DNA of 64,000 nucleotides from a virus: positions 64,001-128,000 of IMG/VR virus record IMGVR_UViG_3300042566_002057; one strand, given 5' to 3'. The position numbers and the translations under genes were made by a program. Numbering within the stretch: the first letter of the stretch is position 1; every line of letters starts with the position of its first letter. This document shows, one piece after another, positions 9,945 through 19,473 of this stretch. Under the pieces are notes generated by a model that saw nothing but the letters and a program-made list of their open reading frames with translations, made no database searches and was not told where the DNA came from.

Positions 9945-10922
9945 TTATAAATTGAGTAATATTTTAACAGTGTAGTCATATACTTCATAGTTTTCAGTAT
10001 CAAATCCTCTATTACCTCTTGAAACATCAAATATTACTTCTTCATAATCTAAAGTTGGTAAAATTGTTGGAAGAACTTCATCTAAGTCAGACTCTAGTTT
10101 TAATAAATTCATTTTACCTGTTGTGTGTGAATCGTGATAACCACCTATATTTATAGTGACACACGGTTTATACATTTCTAAAATTTTAGGTATAGAGTAT
10201 TCTTTTAATTCTTTAATATCTCTTTCTGTGATAGTTACACTACGTTTCTCATCACCCTTAAAAGTAGCACCAGCATAAATACCCATTTCTTTGTAATCAT
10301 CTATATTAAAGTTTTGACACTGCCATTTCTTATCAGTAACATAATAACTTTCATCACTTTGTCTTAAAAAGTAGGATGGATAAGAACCAATATTAAGTGT
10401 TGGAAAAACTATATCTTTTATGATACTTATAATAATTCTCATTTTAGTTTTATCATCTGTTTCTTTTACAGAAAGTAAACCGTTATATTTATATTGAGAT
10501 GATTTTTCATAATTCTCTACATCACCATAAGCTATACAACACATTGTATACTTTTGTTTTTCTGAAGGTAGTAAATCATAAACATCATACATTCTATCAT
10601 TAATATATTCAACATCGACTTTATCAATCGAATCAAACATTTTATCAACTAATGTCTCAATCTTATCATACCAACCTTCTCCGATAAAATGGTCAGACCA
10701 TTTTTTTACAGACTGAAAAGTAACTGGTTGTGAACCACCTCTACTCCATTCCCAAGACTTAAGATCTTCGATCCAATCGTGAATTCCATATGAGTTATTT
10801 GACTCAAATATTTGATATTTTTTTAAGTATCTCATTCTATCTCTAATTAGTATCTGGATAACTTCTTCTTTAGTTAAAGTTTTAGAATTCAAACTTTCAT
10901 TTATTCTCTTTAGGTATTTCAT
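9945..10922 (-). CDS. Hypothetical protein with two tandem N-terminal tags
   Basis: MKYLKRINES at aa 1 and MRYLKKYQIFES at aa 30. Confidence 0.6.
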   Translation of the reverse strand: MKYLKRINESLNSKTLTKEEVIQILIRDRMRYLKKYQIFESNNSYGIHDWIEDLKSWEWSRGGSQPVTFQSVKKWSDHFIGEGWYDKIETLVDKMFDSIDKVDVEYINDRMYDVYDLLPSEKQKYTMCCIAYGDVENYEKSSQYKYNGLLSVKETDDKTKMRIIISIIKDIVFPTLNIGSYPSYFLRQSDESYYVTDKKWQCQNFNIDDYKEMGIYAGATFKGDEKRSVTITERDIKELKEYSIPKILEMYKPCVTINIGGYHDSHTTGKMNLLKLESDLDEVLPTILPTLDYEEVIFDVSRGNRGFDTENYEVYDYTVKILLNL

Positions 10923-11461
10923 CAGATACTAAATTTAGTTTTTGTACCATCTGGTTTAGAATAAACTATATTAGTCACATTTTTTACTTGATATTTATAA
11001 TCTGATTTAACATATTTTTTACCTGTTCCTTTATTAACATAAGCAATCGTGATGTGTGGCTTATAATCAGGAAACTCATTTGAGTTAGGAAACTCAGATA
11101 ATTTATTGTGTAACTCTAAAAGAGTACCATCTGGTCTTACATTGAATTTAACAACATCATACTTTTCATTCTCAAAGATATCAATACCATCAACTTCAAT
11201 ATTAATATCACTATTGAAATTATCGAATACTGATTTTACCATTTCATCTGTTACTTCTTCATGTAGACCGTAAAGTATAGTAACATGTGGATTTTTTTGT
11301 ATACTGTGAGTAGAGTCACCTTCTTCTTGATAAACATCTTCAGTATCAATTGATGATGTTATTTCATCCCAATTGCTTATTGGAATTTCAACCATTACAC
11401 AACCATACTTATAGCCGTTTATTGATTCATTGATAAACTGTATGTAACTTTTAATTTTCAT
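10922..11461 (-). CDS. 2H phosphoesterase (T4 gp57B/Acb1-like) with N-terminal tag
   Basis: Two HxT motifs, PHVTILYG and YKPHITIAY; starts MKIKSYIQFINES. Confidence 0.8.
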   Translation of the reverse strand: MKIKSYIQFINESINGYKYGCVMVEIPISNWDEITSSIDTEDVYQEEGDSTHSIQKNPHVTILYGLHEEVTDEMVKSVFDNFNSDINIEVDGIDIFENEKYDVVKFNVRPDGTLLELHNKLSEFPNSNEFPDYKPHITIAYVNKGTGKKYVKSDYKYQVKNVTNIVYSKPDGTKTKFSI

Positions 11462-11832
11462 TAGAATGGATAATCTTCTTTTTTCTCTTCAGTTGCAAAT
11501 ATTTGTATATTAATAGAAGAAACAAATATTTCTGTTGATAATTTATATTCTGGGTACCTTTCAGACAGTCTATTTAAAGCAACTTCTACTTCTTGTAGTA
11601 AATTACTATTATACTTTGTGTAATTTATAAAGTTAAGTAACTCAGAATTTTTAATCTTAGTGGTTCTTCTTAGAACTCTATCATCAGGTTTTGATTTAAC
11701 TTTTACATTTATAGTAACGTATGTTTGATAGTCACTTATTTCAACTACACCGTTATCTATAAGTTCAGCAAAACAATCGTAAATAAAATCATAGTCTGTT
11801 TTACTTTCATTAATTCTTTTCAGATATTTCAT
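11461..11832 (-). CDS. Hypothetical protein with N-terminal tag
   Basis: Starts MKYLKRINES. Confidence 0.6.
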   Translation of the reverse strand: MKYLKRINESKTDYDFIYDCFAELIDNGVVEISDYQTYVTINVKVKSKPDDRVLRRTTKIKNSELLNFINYTKYNSNLLQEVEVALNRLSERYPEYKLSTEIFVSSINIQIFATEEKKEDYPF

Positions 11833-11850
11833 AAAGGTATATATTAAACA

Positions 11851-11880
11851 TTGTCAATTAAAAAAGAGTTTGTATCTTTG
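11851..11880 (+). promoter_or_regulatory. Class A Bacteroidota housekeeping-sigma promoter TTG-N19-TATCTTTG
   Basis: TAnnTTTG -7 element also at 18251, 21346, 25614, 27312, 37218, 53195, 57791, 58189, 60678 (+) and 46963-46970 (-); several have TTG 17-21 nt upstream. Confidence 0.8.
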
Positions 11881-11897
11881 TAGAAATAAAAAAGAAT

Positions 11898-12089
11898 ATG
11901 GCATCAGAAAAAGAACTTATTAAATTAGAGAAAGAAATACGTAGCAAAATGATTCAGATTAAAAATGGTAAAATCACACCAGCTGAGTCTGGTATTGGTA
12001 AACTTATTAACCTAATGAAAAATTTTGATGAGCCTCTTTTTAGTAAACTAATAGCAGAATATAAAGAGATATTATCACAGTCTAAGTGA
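11898..12089 (+). CDS. Small hypothetical early protein
   Basis: 63 aa ORF directly downstream of a class A promoter. Confidence 0.6.
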   Translation: MASEKELIKLEKEIRSKMIQIKNGKITPAESGIGKLINLMKNFDEPLFSKLIAEYKEILSQSK

Positions 12090-12151
12090 TTAAACTTTTT
12101 TCTCAGTAAATGCTAAATAAAGTTTATTAGAAGTACCTACTGATTCTTGTC

Positions 12152-13408
12152 CTAAATATTTTCATTATATTGAATATTGAAGCCTAAAACATCATAAAAA
12201 TCAATAAAAATAGGAATTTCGATATCTGGTAGTGTATATAATGGTTGTGGATCATATATATTGTTTAACTCAACAACCACACTTCCATTTGATACGTAAG
12301 TAGATACTACACCTACTTCTACATCAGCTTGTACCTGTGCTTTTGTAAAATTATATCTAGCATCCGCATCATTGCTAAAATTGAATATTACTTTAGCATT
12401 TTCAGTATTACCTTGTTCTATTGTGTAATTAACAAATTCAGTTGCTTGAGGTAGAGCATCAGGTGTATAATCATTTCCATCAAAATCATGAATTACAATT
12501 GTACCATCACCTTGTACTGGTGAGTGATCTATATCATTTATAACTTTAACAAAATGTAATTTATCAAATCTATCATAAAGAAGTTGTATATTGTGATTAT
12601 CATAGAAAGGTATTTCTTTTGTTCTACTTGTTGGAATATGAGAAACATAAGAAATATCAGTTACAATACAATTAATATCAAAGTCTGTGCTTTCTTCAAG
12701 TAATTGTTGACCACTTATTCTGATTGGTTCGTCAATGTGATATCTAGTAGTTCCATCTTTTCTAAGAAATTCTTCAAACATGTCTATTCCCTTATCACCA
12801 TCAGCTAGTATAGTAAGTATAGAAGGTTCAACACTTTTAAGAGCGTATGATGTAAATGTAGTGACACCACCTATATTATTTACACTCTGTACCTTTATAA
12901 GAAATGTATTTGGATCTTCCGTATTTCCCTGACCAATATTAAAATCAATCAAATCATTTATGACATAACCACTACCAGAATTTATAACATTTGCAATATC
13001 AACCGCCAAACCTGAACGATTGAGTAATAATATAGCTTTGAATCCTATTCCTGACCCAGAAGTTGTTGTTGAATATGTAGTATCAAACTTATAACCTGCA
13101 CGACTAAACCTCTCTATACTCCAAGTAGTTACGGCACCTAAAGTTCCACCGCTTTGCTCAGTGTCAACCCCTACTAAATTCACATAAAATGTTGCATTAT
13201 CACCAGTTCCTTTTGATATACCTAGTACCTCGTGTCTTACTTCTGGTAATGTTGTATCAATTCCACCATTAACAATTTCTCTAAATAAAGTACCCTCTGG
13301 CACAGATGCTGTTAGTGCGGTAACCCAGCCACCATAAATATCACCCTCAAGTACTTGAGCAAATCTTGATGTTTCTTTAATATTTCTATAATCTTTTGCC
13401 ATATTCAA
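12152..13408 (-). CDS. Putative virion fibre/decoration protein, paralog of 13431-14897
   Basis: Shared YGG..LT(V/A)TAS.P, LYDRFD..IND, P..LP..TEF and F.D.LG..IQ blocks; INSGSGY-type repeat. Confidence 0.5.
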   Translation of the reverse strand: MNMAKDYRNIKETSRFAQVLEGDIYGGWVTALTASVPEGTLFREIVNGGIDTTLPEVRHEVLGISKGTGDNATFYVNLVGVDTEQSGGTLGAVTTWSIERFSRAGYKFDTTYSTTTSGSGIGFKAILLLNRSGLAVDIANVINSGSGYVINDLIDFNIGQGNTEDPNTFLIKVQSVNNIGGVTTFTSYALKSVEPSILTILADGDKGIDMFEEFLRKDGTTRYHIDEPIRISGQQLLEESTDFDINCIVTDISYVSHIPTSRTKEIPFYDNHNIQLLYDRFDKLHFVKVINDIDHSPVQGDGTIVIHDFDGNDYTPDALPQATEFVNYTIEQGNTENAKVIFNFSNDADARYNFTKAQVQADVEVGVVSTYVSNGSVVVELNNIYDPQPLYTLPDIEIPIFIDFYDVLGFNIQYNENI

Positions 13409-13430
13409 ATAATTTTAAGTATTTTCTTTT

Positions 13431-14897
13431 CTAATTTGGTTCTCTTAATGTTGTAAATGCTATGGATGCTTTCTCACCGACTACACCTTCAGAACCCTGC
13501 CATTCAGTAGTAGCACTAAATCCTAAAACTTCTTCAGAACCATCCATTAATTTTGTTATATAACCACCGTTGTAACCTCCATTTGTTGCTCCATCACCAC
13601 TCATCCAATAAATTACGACTATATTGTCTTCTCCGGTCCATTGGTAATTCTCAATCTGAAAGAAAACATATCTCTCACCATTTACGATTTCAACAATACC
13701 AGATCTTCTTTGTGAATTAATATCAAGTATTGATGTATTGAATTGTTCATTTACAATTAAATTATTCTGAATCCAAGTATTTGATATAGTTTCGACATTT
13801 GATGTTATTATAGTGGCTGCTACAACAAAACCTCCATTAAGAACTTCTTGTGTAACATTACCAGCACCTCCTGATGTTAAGTGGAATGGTAGACCAATAC
13901 GAGATATAATCTTGCCTGGTGTAACTCCAAATGATTCGACTTCAGTTTTCTTATAAAGAGCAACATGATAAGATTCATTTAAGAAATAAGGTGAACCAGT
14001 CCATTCTATATAATTTGGATAAGACCAGTTATCACCTGTTCCTCCTGGATTTGGAATTGTTACTTCAACACTATCTTGTATTAAGACTCCGAGTATATCT
14101 GTAAACTCTAAGTTAAACGTATAAGTCACATCATACTCAATTTGGTCAAGTGTAATAACTCTAAGTGATGTTTGATATACTGAACTACTATCAATTCTTA
14201 ATGTAGAATTTTCTGAAAAAGTGGCACTCACAGAAACTATAACACCTGGTGCGTTGTTATAAGTAAATAATAATTCTGTTGAACTTACTCTTTCAAAGTC
14301 AATAAATTCAGTTGGTTCAGGTAATTCAGTTGGTATATAAGCAACTCCATTAAAGTCAACATTTTCTATTGTACCATCATCATTAATTATTCTAGTATAA
14401 ACTTTTCTATCAAATCTATCATATAAAATTTGATGATTGAATGATGAACCATAGTTTCTATCTGGATAAATTGAAGTAACTGTAGCTTGTATATCTTTAC
14501 CCGCATTTTCTTGACTAAATCCTGACATATCAATTATTAAATTCTCACCAATATTATAGTTGTAGTAATTAGTATAAATAAGTTGTGGATTAGATAATTG
14601 TAAATAAGGACTAGCTGATATAAATCTCCAATCTGTATAAAAAACCGAATCATTCACCACATACGAATCATCAGCATTAAACTCTAGGGTAAGAACAGCT
14701 CCTTCTCCATTACCATCACTACTTGAAGCCTGTACTTCTACATATGTAGGATTTTCAGAAATTGTTCCTAAATCATATACAATTTCTTTTGATGGTGCTG
14801 AAGCAGTAACTGTTAATATCTGTCCTCCGTAGGTATAAGCACTTTTAAGAAGTACTGTTCTACTACCTATATTTACTTCTTTGTAATTCTTTGGCAT
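13431..14897 (-). CDS. Putative virion fibre/decoration protein, paralog of 12152-13408
   Basis: Same conserved blocks plus an extra C-terminal domain; late-type promoter. Confidence 0.5.
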   Translation of the reverse strand: MPKNYKEVNIGSRTVLLKSAYTYGGQILTVTASAPSKEIVYDLGTISENPTYVEVQASSSDGNGEGAVLTLEFNADDSYVVNDSVFYTDWRFISASPYLQLSNPQLIYTNYYNYNIGENLIIDMSGFSQENAGKDIQATVTSIYPDRNYGSSFNHQILYDRFDRKVYTRIINDDGTIENVDFNGVAYIPTELPEPTEFIDFERVSSTELLFTYNNAPGVIVSVSATFSENSTLRIDSSSVYQTSLRVITLDQIEYDVTYTFNLEFTDILGVLIQDSVEVTIPNPGGTGDNWSYPNYIEWTGSPYFLNESYHVALYKKTEVESFGVTPGKIISRIGLPFHLTSGGAGNVTQEVLNGGFVVAATIITSNVETISNTWIQNNLIVNEQFNTSILDINSQRRSGIVEIVNGERYVFFQIENYQWTGEDNIVVIYWMSGDGATNGGYNGGYITKLMDGSEEVLGFSATTEWQGSEGVVGEKASIAFTTLREPN

Positions 14898-14933
14898 ATT
14901 CTTATATTGTTTTTTAATTCTATAATCTATATA

Positions 14934-15419
14934 TTATTTTACTAATTCATATTTTTCTACTAACTCTGAGTGAATTAGCTGTGGAATCCTTTTCCACTCT
15001 TTGTACCAAATGTTACATACATAAACATCTTGTCCATTATCTTTAATTATTTCAACAACATCATACTCAGCTGATGGAAAAGGACCAATTGGTTTAGTAG
15101 TAACTTTACCAATTATTGGCATCTTAGTCACATCATCACCACTATAAGAGAGTGATTCAACATATTTAATATCAAAATTTTCATCTGAAATTTCTTCTTC
15201 ATCTTCAATATCAAAGTCAAACCCCATACTAACTAAAGAACTCATAGTTGCGTCAATCATATCTAATTTAGCACCTCTTTCTTTCATATAATTCTCAAAA
15301 AATTCAGGGGTTATTATTTGACCATCAGCTCTCATCCTTTTGAGTTGCGGTAATAAATCATTAGCAATGTCATCTGCCAAGTCAAAATAAGTTTCATTAA
15401 ATTTTCTTAAGTATTTCAT
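14934..15419 (-). CDS. Hypothetical protein with N-terminal tag
   Basis: Starts MKYLRKFNET. Confidence 0.6.
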   Translation of the reverse strand: MKYLRKFNETYFDLADDIANDLLPQLKRMRADGQIITPEFFENYMKERGAKLDMIDATMSSLVSMGFDFDIEDEEEISDENFDIKYVESLSYSGDDVTKMPIIGKVTTKPIGPFPSAEYDVVEIIKDNGQDVYVCNIWYKEWKRIPQLIHSELVEKYELVK

Positions 15420-15421
15420 AA

Positions 15422-15832
15422 TTATCTAAAAATTTTTGAATTAAATATCTTATCTGATAATAAATAATGAAAAGATTGACTTACTTCTTCTTTACTTAAA
15501 TCAGAATACTCTGTATCTAAAAGAGATTTAATCTTAACATAAAGACCAGATTGTCTATCATTAAGTTTATAACCATTTTCTAAATACTCTTCTTCTGATA
15601 TTATTTCTTCTATTATTTTTTCTAAGAAGTTATTAGGATCAGATATACGACCACTATCAATAACTTGTTGAAGTTCGTCAGATGTAAAGGTTAATTCATT
15701 ACATAAGTCACCTAATTCAGAAAGAATATCTTCATTAGAAAGTTTATCAAGATTGATAATTTTATCAGCCATTTTAATGAATTCTTCAATTCTATCAAAT
15801 GATGCTTCGTTAAATCGTTTTAAGTGTTTCAT
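15422..15832 (-). CDS. Hypothetical protein with N-terminal tag
   Basis: Starts MKHLKRFNEA. Confidence 0.6.
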   Translation of the reverse strand: MKHLKRFNEASFDRIEEFIKMADKIINLDKLSNEDILSELGDLCNELTFTSDELQQVIDSGRISDPNNFLEKIIEEIISEEEYLENGYKLNDRQSGLYVKIKSLLDTEYSDLSKEEVSQSFHYLLSDKIFNSKIFR

Positions 15833-15850
15833 TTCTTTTTCTTTGATTTT
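15818..15850. repeat. 33-bp perfect direct repeat, copy 1
   Basis: TTTTAAGTGTTTCATTTCTTTTTCTTTGATTTT, identical at 16093-16125. Confidence 0.9.
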
Positions 15851-15852
15851 TA

Positions 15853-16107
15853 TTAAAGTTTTCTCAACATATTCAATATTAATGTATTATCATAAACATC
15901 AGTATCTTGAGAATCACCTCCTGACCACCAAGTTACATCACTTTTATAATCAGATACTTTGTTAATTGTCATAGTTCCATATTCATAAGGTACTTCAAAT
16001 CCAAATTCATCACCTTTAAATCCGTCAATCTCTTTAGAAAAATTACATAGGTCATCAAATGATAATTTTTCATCAACGGATTCGTTATATGTTTTTAAGT
16101 GTTTCAT
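15853..16107 (-). CDS. Hypothetical protein with N-terminal tag, flanked by the 33-bp repeats
   Basis: Starts MKHLKTYNES. Confidence 0.6.
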   Translation of the reverse strand: MKHLKTYNESVDEKLSFDDLCNFSKEIDGFKGDEFGFEVPYEYGTMTINKVSDYKSDVTWWSGGDSQDTDVYDNTLILNMLRKL

Positions 16108-16125
16108 TTCTTTTTCTTTGATTTT
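16093..16125. repeat. 33-bp perfect direct repeat, copy 2
   Basis: Identical to 15818-15850; spans the upstream leader and the codons for MKHLK. Confidence 0.9.
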
Positions 16126-16628
16126 CCTTCACCCGAAAATGGTGATAATAAATGTTTTAAGTTCCAACTGGGTATGAATTTTTTGTTGTGTTTCTCAAAG
16201 TCTTCATAAGACTCAATTCCGGTATCTACTGGATTCTGAATATATTGTATATTAGCACCTTGTTTATTCATATCAGAGACTCTATCACCAATATCAACTC
16301 CCTTTGTCATTTTTCTTAACTTATTCCACTGTTGAACAGTTCTTTCTCTTGGAAGTGATTCTTTTAATCCAACAACAACATTGATTGTTCCATCTGAATT
16401 GAATTTAGCAAAGTAAGTATCTTCTACAATTGGTAAAGTTTTATCAACAAGATCTTGGTTGATGTTATCTACTCCAAACTCTTTAACAGTTTTTACACCA
16501 TTATCATCAATAACAAAATGAAAATTGTCTTCTGGATTTTTATCTATAAGTGATTTAATTTTAGAAGCTACAGAAATAAACTCTGAACTTCCTCCATACG
16601 GCTTTAATCTTGCTCTTAAAATTTTCAT
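16104..16628 (-). CDS. Hypothetical late protein
   Basis: 174 aa ORF with class C promoter at 16632-16642. Confidence 0.55.
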   Translation of the reverse strand: MKILRARLKPYGGSSEFISVASKIKSLIDKNPEDNFHFVIDDNGVKTVKEFGVDNINQDLVDKTLPIVEDTYFAKFNSDGTINVVVGLKESLPRERTVQQWNKLRKMTKGVDIGDRVSDMNKQGANIQYIQNPVDTGIESYEDFEKHNKKFIPSWNLKHLLSPFSGEGKSKKKK

Positions 16629-16640
16629 AAATTATATATA

Positions 16641-16670
16641 AAAAATAAAAAACCCACTTTAGTGTGGGTT
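16641..16670 (-). terminator. Intrinsic terminator
   Basis: AACCCAC-N6-GTGGGTT hairpin with T-run on the minus strand. Confidence 0.65.
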
Positions 16671-16678
16671 CTTACTTT

Positions 16679-17209
16679 TTATACTTTTCTAAATGCTGCT
16701 AAGGTATTTTCTGAATCTTTAAAAGAGTTTTCATCCTTTATTAATTCTAATTCCGATAAGTTTAATATACTATGATATTTTGGTCTATTCCAAAAATCGT
16801 GTATCAGTAACACACCACCCTTTTTAAGTGAAGGTATTGATGCTATAGTGGACCTAACTCTGTCTCTACCATCAATAAGTACAATATCAAACTGTTCTTT
16901 ACTTAAATTACTAATATAATTAATATAATTATCAAATTGACCTGGTTTCGCCGGGTCAAATGGATGAGACTGTGGAAAACTTGGTTCAACAACATTTATT
17001 TTCCAATCACACTTAGAATAAATTTTCATCAGTGACGTTATCTTATCAGCCCACTCCTTATTATGTTCAAGCGTAACCAGTTTTTTAACTAATCTTGAAA
17101 AAAATAATGTGCTATTACCACCACCTATTTCTAACATTTCACAGTCTCTGTGTATATATGTAATGAGATCTGAAATCTCTTTAGAATTCATGTAAGGTAA
17201 TATCTTCAT
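16679..17209 (-). CDS. Class I SAM-dependent methyltransferase
   Basis: LEIGGGNST, FDIVLIDGRDR, GGVLLIHD. Confidence 0.8.
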   Translation of the reverse strand: MKILPYMNSKEISDLITYIHRDCEMLEIGGGNSTLFFSRLVKKLVTLEHNKEWADKITSLMKIYSKCDWKINVVEPSFPQSHPFDPAKPGQFDNYINYISNLSKEQFDIVLIDGRDRVRSTIASIPSLKKGGVLLIHDFWNRPKYHSILNLSELELIKDENSFKDSENTLAAFRKV

Positions 17210-17219
17210 ATTTGATTAA

Positions 17220-18179
17220 TTAAAAATCATCATCTAAGTTGTCAAAGTCAATAGCTTTGTCAGATGCTTTTTGATATTCAGATACTCTTTTCTCGAAAAA
17301 GTTAGATTTATTTTGTAAAGAAATCATATCCATAAAGTCAAAAGGATTCTCAACATTATAAACTTTAGAACAACCTAACTCTACTAACCAATAATCAGCA
17401 ACGAATTCAATGTATTGTTGCATCAACTTAGCATTCATTCCAATTAAAGAAACTGGTAAAGACTCAGTTACAAATTCTTTCTCAATCTCAACAGCTTCAC
17501 AAATGATTTGTTGAATTCTTTCTGAACTTACTTTGTTTTGAATGTGTTTATTATGTAATAAACAAGCAAACATACAATGTAAACCTTCATCTCTTGAAAT
17601 CAACTCGTTAGAGAATGTTAATCCTGGCATCAATCCTCTTTTCTTTAACCAGAAAATAGAACAGAAAGATCCAGAGAAGAATATACCTTCAACAGCAGCA
17701 AAAGCAATTAATCTTTCAGCAAATGATTCAGAATCAATCCATTTAAGAGCCCATTCAGCTTTTTTCTTAACTGAAGGAACTGTTTCGATTGCATTGAATA
17801 AATGGTCTCTTTCTTTGGAATCTTTGATATAAGTATCAATTAATAAAGAGTAAGTTTCAGAGTGCACATTTTCCATTGCGATTTGGAAACCATAAAAACA
17901 TTTAGCTTCTGGATATTGAACTTCTTTAAGGAAGTTTTCGGCTAAGTTTTCATTTACGATACCATCAGATGCCGCAAAGAAAGCCAATACGTTTTTAACA
18001 TAATGTTTTTCATCTGCATTTAATTTTTCGTTCCAATCGGTTAAATCTTGTGCTAAATCAATCTCTTCTGCAGTCCAGAATGAGTGTTCAGCTGTTTTGT
18101 ACATTTCCCAAATATCATTGTATTTGAGTGGAAAAAGTACAAATCTGTTAGGATTTTCTGTTAATATATGTTCTGTCAT
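17220..18179 (-). CDS. nrdB: Ribonucleotide reductase class Ia beta subunit
   Basis: [55 protein letters not shown]. Confidence 0.95.
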   Translation of the reverse strand: MTEHILTENPNRFVLFPLKYNDIWEMYKTAEHSFWTAEEIDLAQDLTDWNEKLNADEKHYVKNVLAFFAASDGIVNENLAENFLKEVQYPEAKCFYGFQIAMENVHSETYSLLIDTYIKDSKERDHLFNAIETVPSVKKKAEWALKWIDSESFAERLIAFAAVEGIFFSGSFCSIFWLKKRGLMPGLTFSNELISRDEGLHCMFACLLHNKHIQNKVSSERIQQIICEAVEIEKEFVTESLPVSLIGMNAKLMQQYIEFVADYWLVELGCSKVYNVENPFDFMDMISLQNKSNFFEKRVSEYQKASDKAIDFDNLDDDF

Positions 18180-18262
18180 TTTAGGTAAATATTTTGTTCT
18201 TTATATATCTTTTAATTCAAATTATGTTTTGTCCAAATCTAAAAAAGATGTAAATTTGTATT

Positions 18263-18649
18263 ATGAAGTTTTATTATAATAATGAAGGATTTTCATGTAA
18301 ATGGAAGAATCAAATAAAAGATGATACCTGGTGGAGTATGGAACCAGTCAAGTTGGTTTTAAGACTACCACTGTCTACATATAATAAAATACTTTCAGAT
18401 ATAAAATTAAGAAATGAAGAACTACTAGAATTTAAAATACACAAACAAAAAGATGAAGTGGTAAATTGGAATGTGTACTCTTCAGATGAATCTGAGTTGT
18501 GGGAATTTACTACATTAATAGATAGAATATCTTACACATCAAAATTTAATGATGGAACGGTTACGGCTCATTTTGACTTTATGGTGCAGAATCACAGTAT
18601 ATGTGATAAATCTGAATTAAGAGAATTACTTTTAAGTGAATTAGTATGA
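18263..18649 (+). CDS. Hypothetical early protein with variant C-terminal tag
   Basis: Class A promoter; ends LRELLLSELV. Confidence 0.55.
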   Translation: MKFYYNNEGFSCKWKNQIKDDTWWSMEPVKLVLRLPLSTYNKILSDIKLRNEELLEFKIHKQKDEVVNWNVYSSDESELWEFTTLIDRISYTSKFNDGTVTAHFDFMVQNHSICDKSELRELLLSELV

Positions 18650-18987
18650 GTACATTTGGAAAAAAAGCTTTAATTTGGTGGGACTATCATAAACGTGATA
18701 GAGTTGACCAGATGCGTTTTAATTCCACACCTAAAGATTTACAATTAAAGATATTAGAGAAATGGTATCCAGTAGGTATGATGGTTGGTTTAGGTGATGG
18801 TAAATATCAATATGTGATTGTAGAATATGTAGAGCACTCAACTTACTGGAGTGTTAGAGTTATTTGGAGATTAGAGAATAGTCTAATGAATAATATGAAG
18901 TCAAATAGAAATCCACTTTCATTGTTTCCTTCACCTGATTGGGAAAAACAAATTAAACGTCAACATAAACTGGATAGAATTGTTTAA
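18646..18987 (+). CDS. Hypothetical protein with C-terminal tag
   Basis: Ends KRQHKLDRIV. Confidence 0.6.
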   Translation: MSTFGKKALIWWDYHKRDRVDQMRFNSTPKDLQLKILEKWYPVGMMVGLGDGKYQYVIVEYVEHSTYWSVRVIWRLENSLMNNMKSNRNPLSLFPSPDWEKQIKRQHKLDRIV

Positions 18988-19075
18988 AAGCGAAAACACC
19001 GAGGAGCGAATTCGGTGTTTTCAATAGTTACCCGTCGAGGATATAACTACTCCGGTCCTAAGTCGGATTAAATTT
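18986..19075 (-). ncRNA. Candidate three-hairpin small RNA with its own late-type promoter
   Basis: Stems 19051-54/19064-67, 19025-30/19044-49 and 18992-19002/19012-22; TTAATATATAA at 19081-91(-) with no ORF downstream; GC-rich relative to flanks. Confidence 0.5.
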
Positions 19076-19148
19076 ATAAATTATATATTAAACTTTACCC
19101 CTCATACTACATAAAAACAATGTAAATAATTTAACGAAATCAATTAAA

Positions 19149-19457
19149 ATGATTAAACACGAAATCAAAGTAGAACTGAATCAAACAGAATCACTTAAAT
19201 CAATTATCGAAAAGGCTTATTTTGACGAAGGTCAAATGGGTAAAATACTTGGTAAAAATCATTTCATCAAAATTGATGAATCAGATGATGTAAATTGGGC
19301 TATTTTTAATGGTCTTCATAATGTAACTGTAAAAGTAACAAATGAAGAAGTTATTGATGGTGCAATGAGATTTGTTATTGATGAGTCTGAAAATGAGTTA
19401 AGACTTTATCCTATTTCTATTTATTGCATCAAAGAAGAAAAATACATCTTCTACTAA
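19149..19457 (+). CDS. Hypothetical protein
   Basis: 102 aa ORF after a class B promoter. Confidence 0.55.
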   Translation: MIKHEIKVELNQTESLKSIIEKAYFDEGQMGKILGKNHFIKIDESDDVNWAIFNGLHNVTVKVTNEEVIDGAMRFVIDESENELRLYPISIYCIKEEKYIFY

Positions 19458-19473
19458 AAAATAATACAAATTT

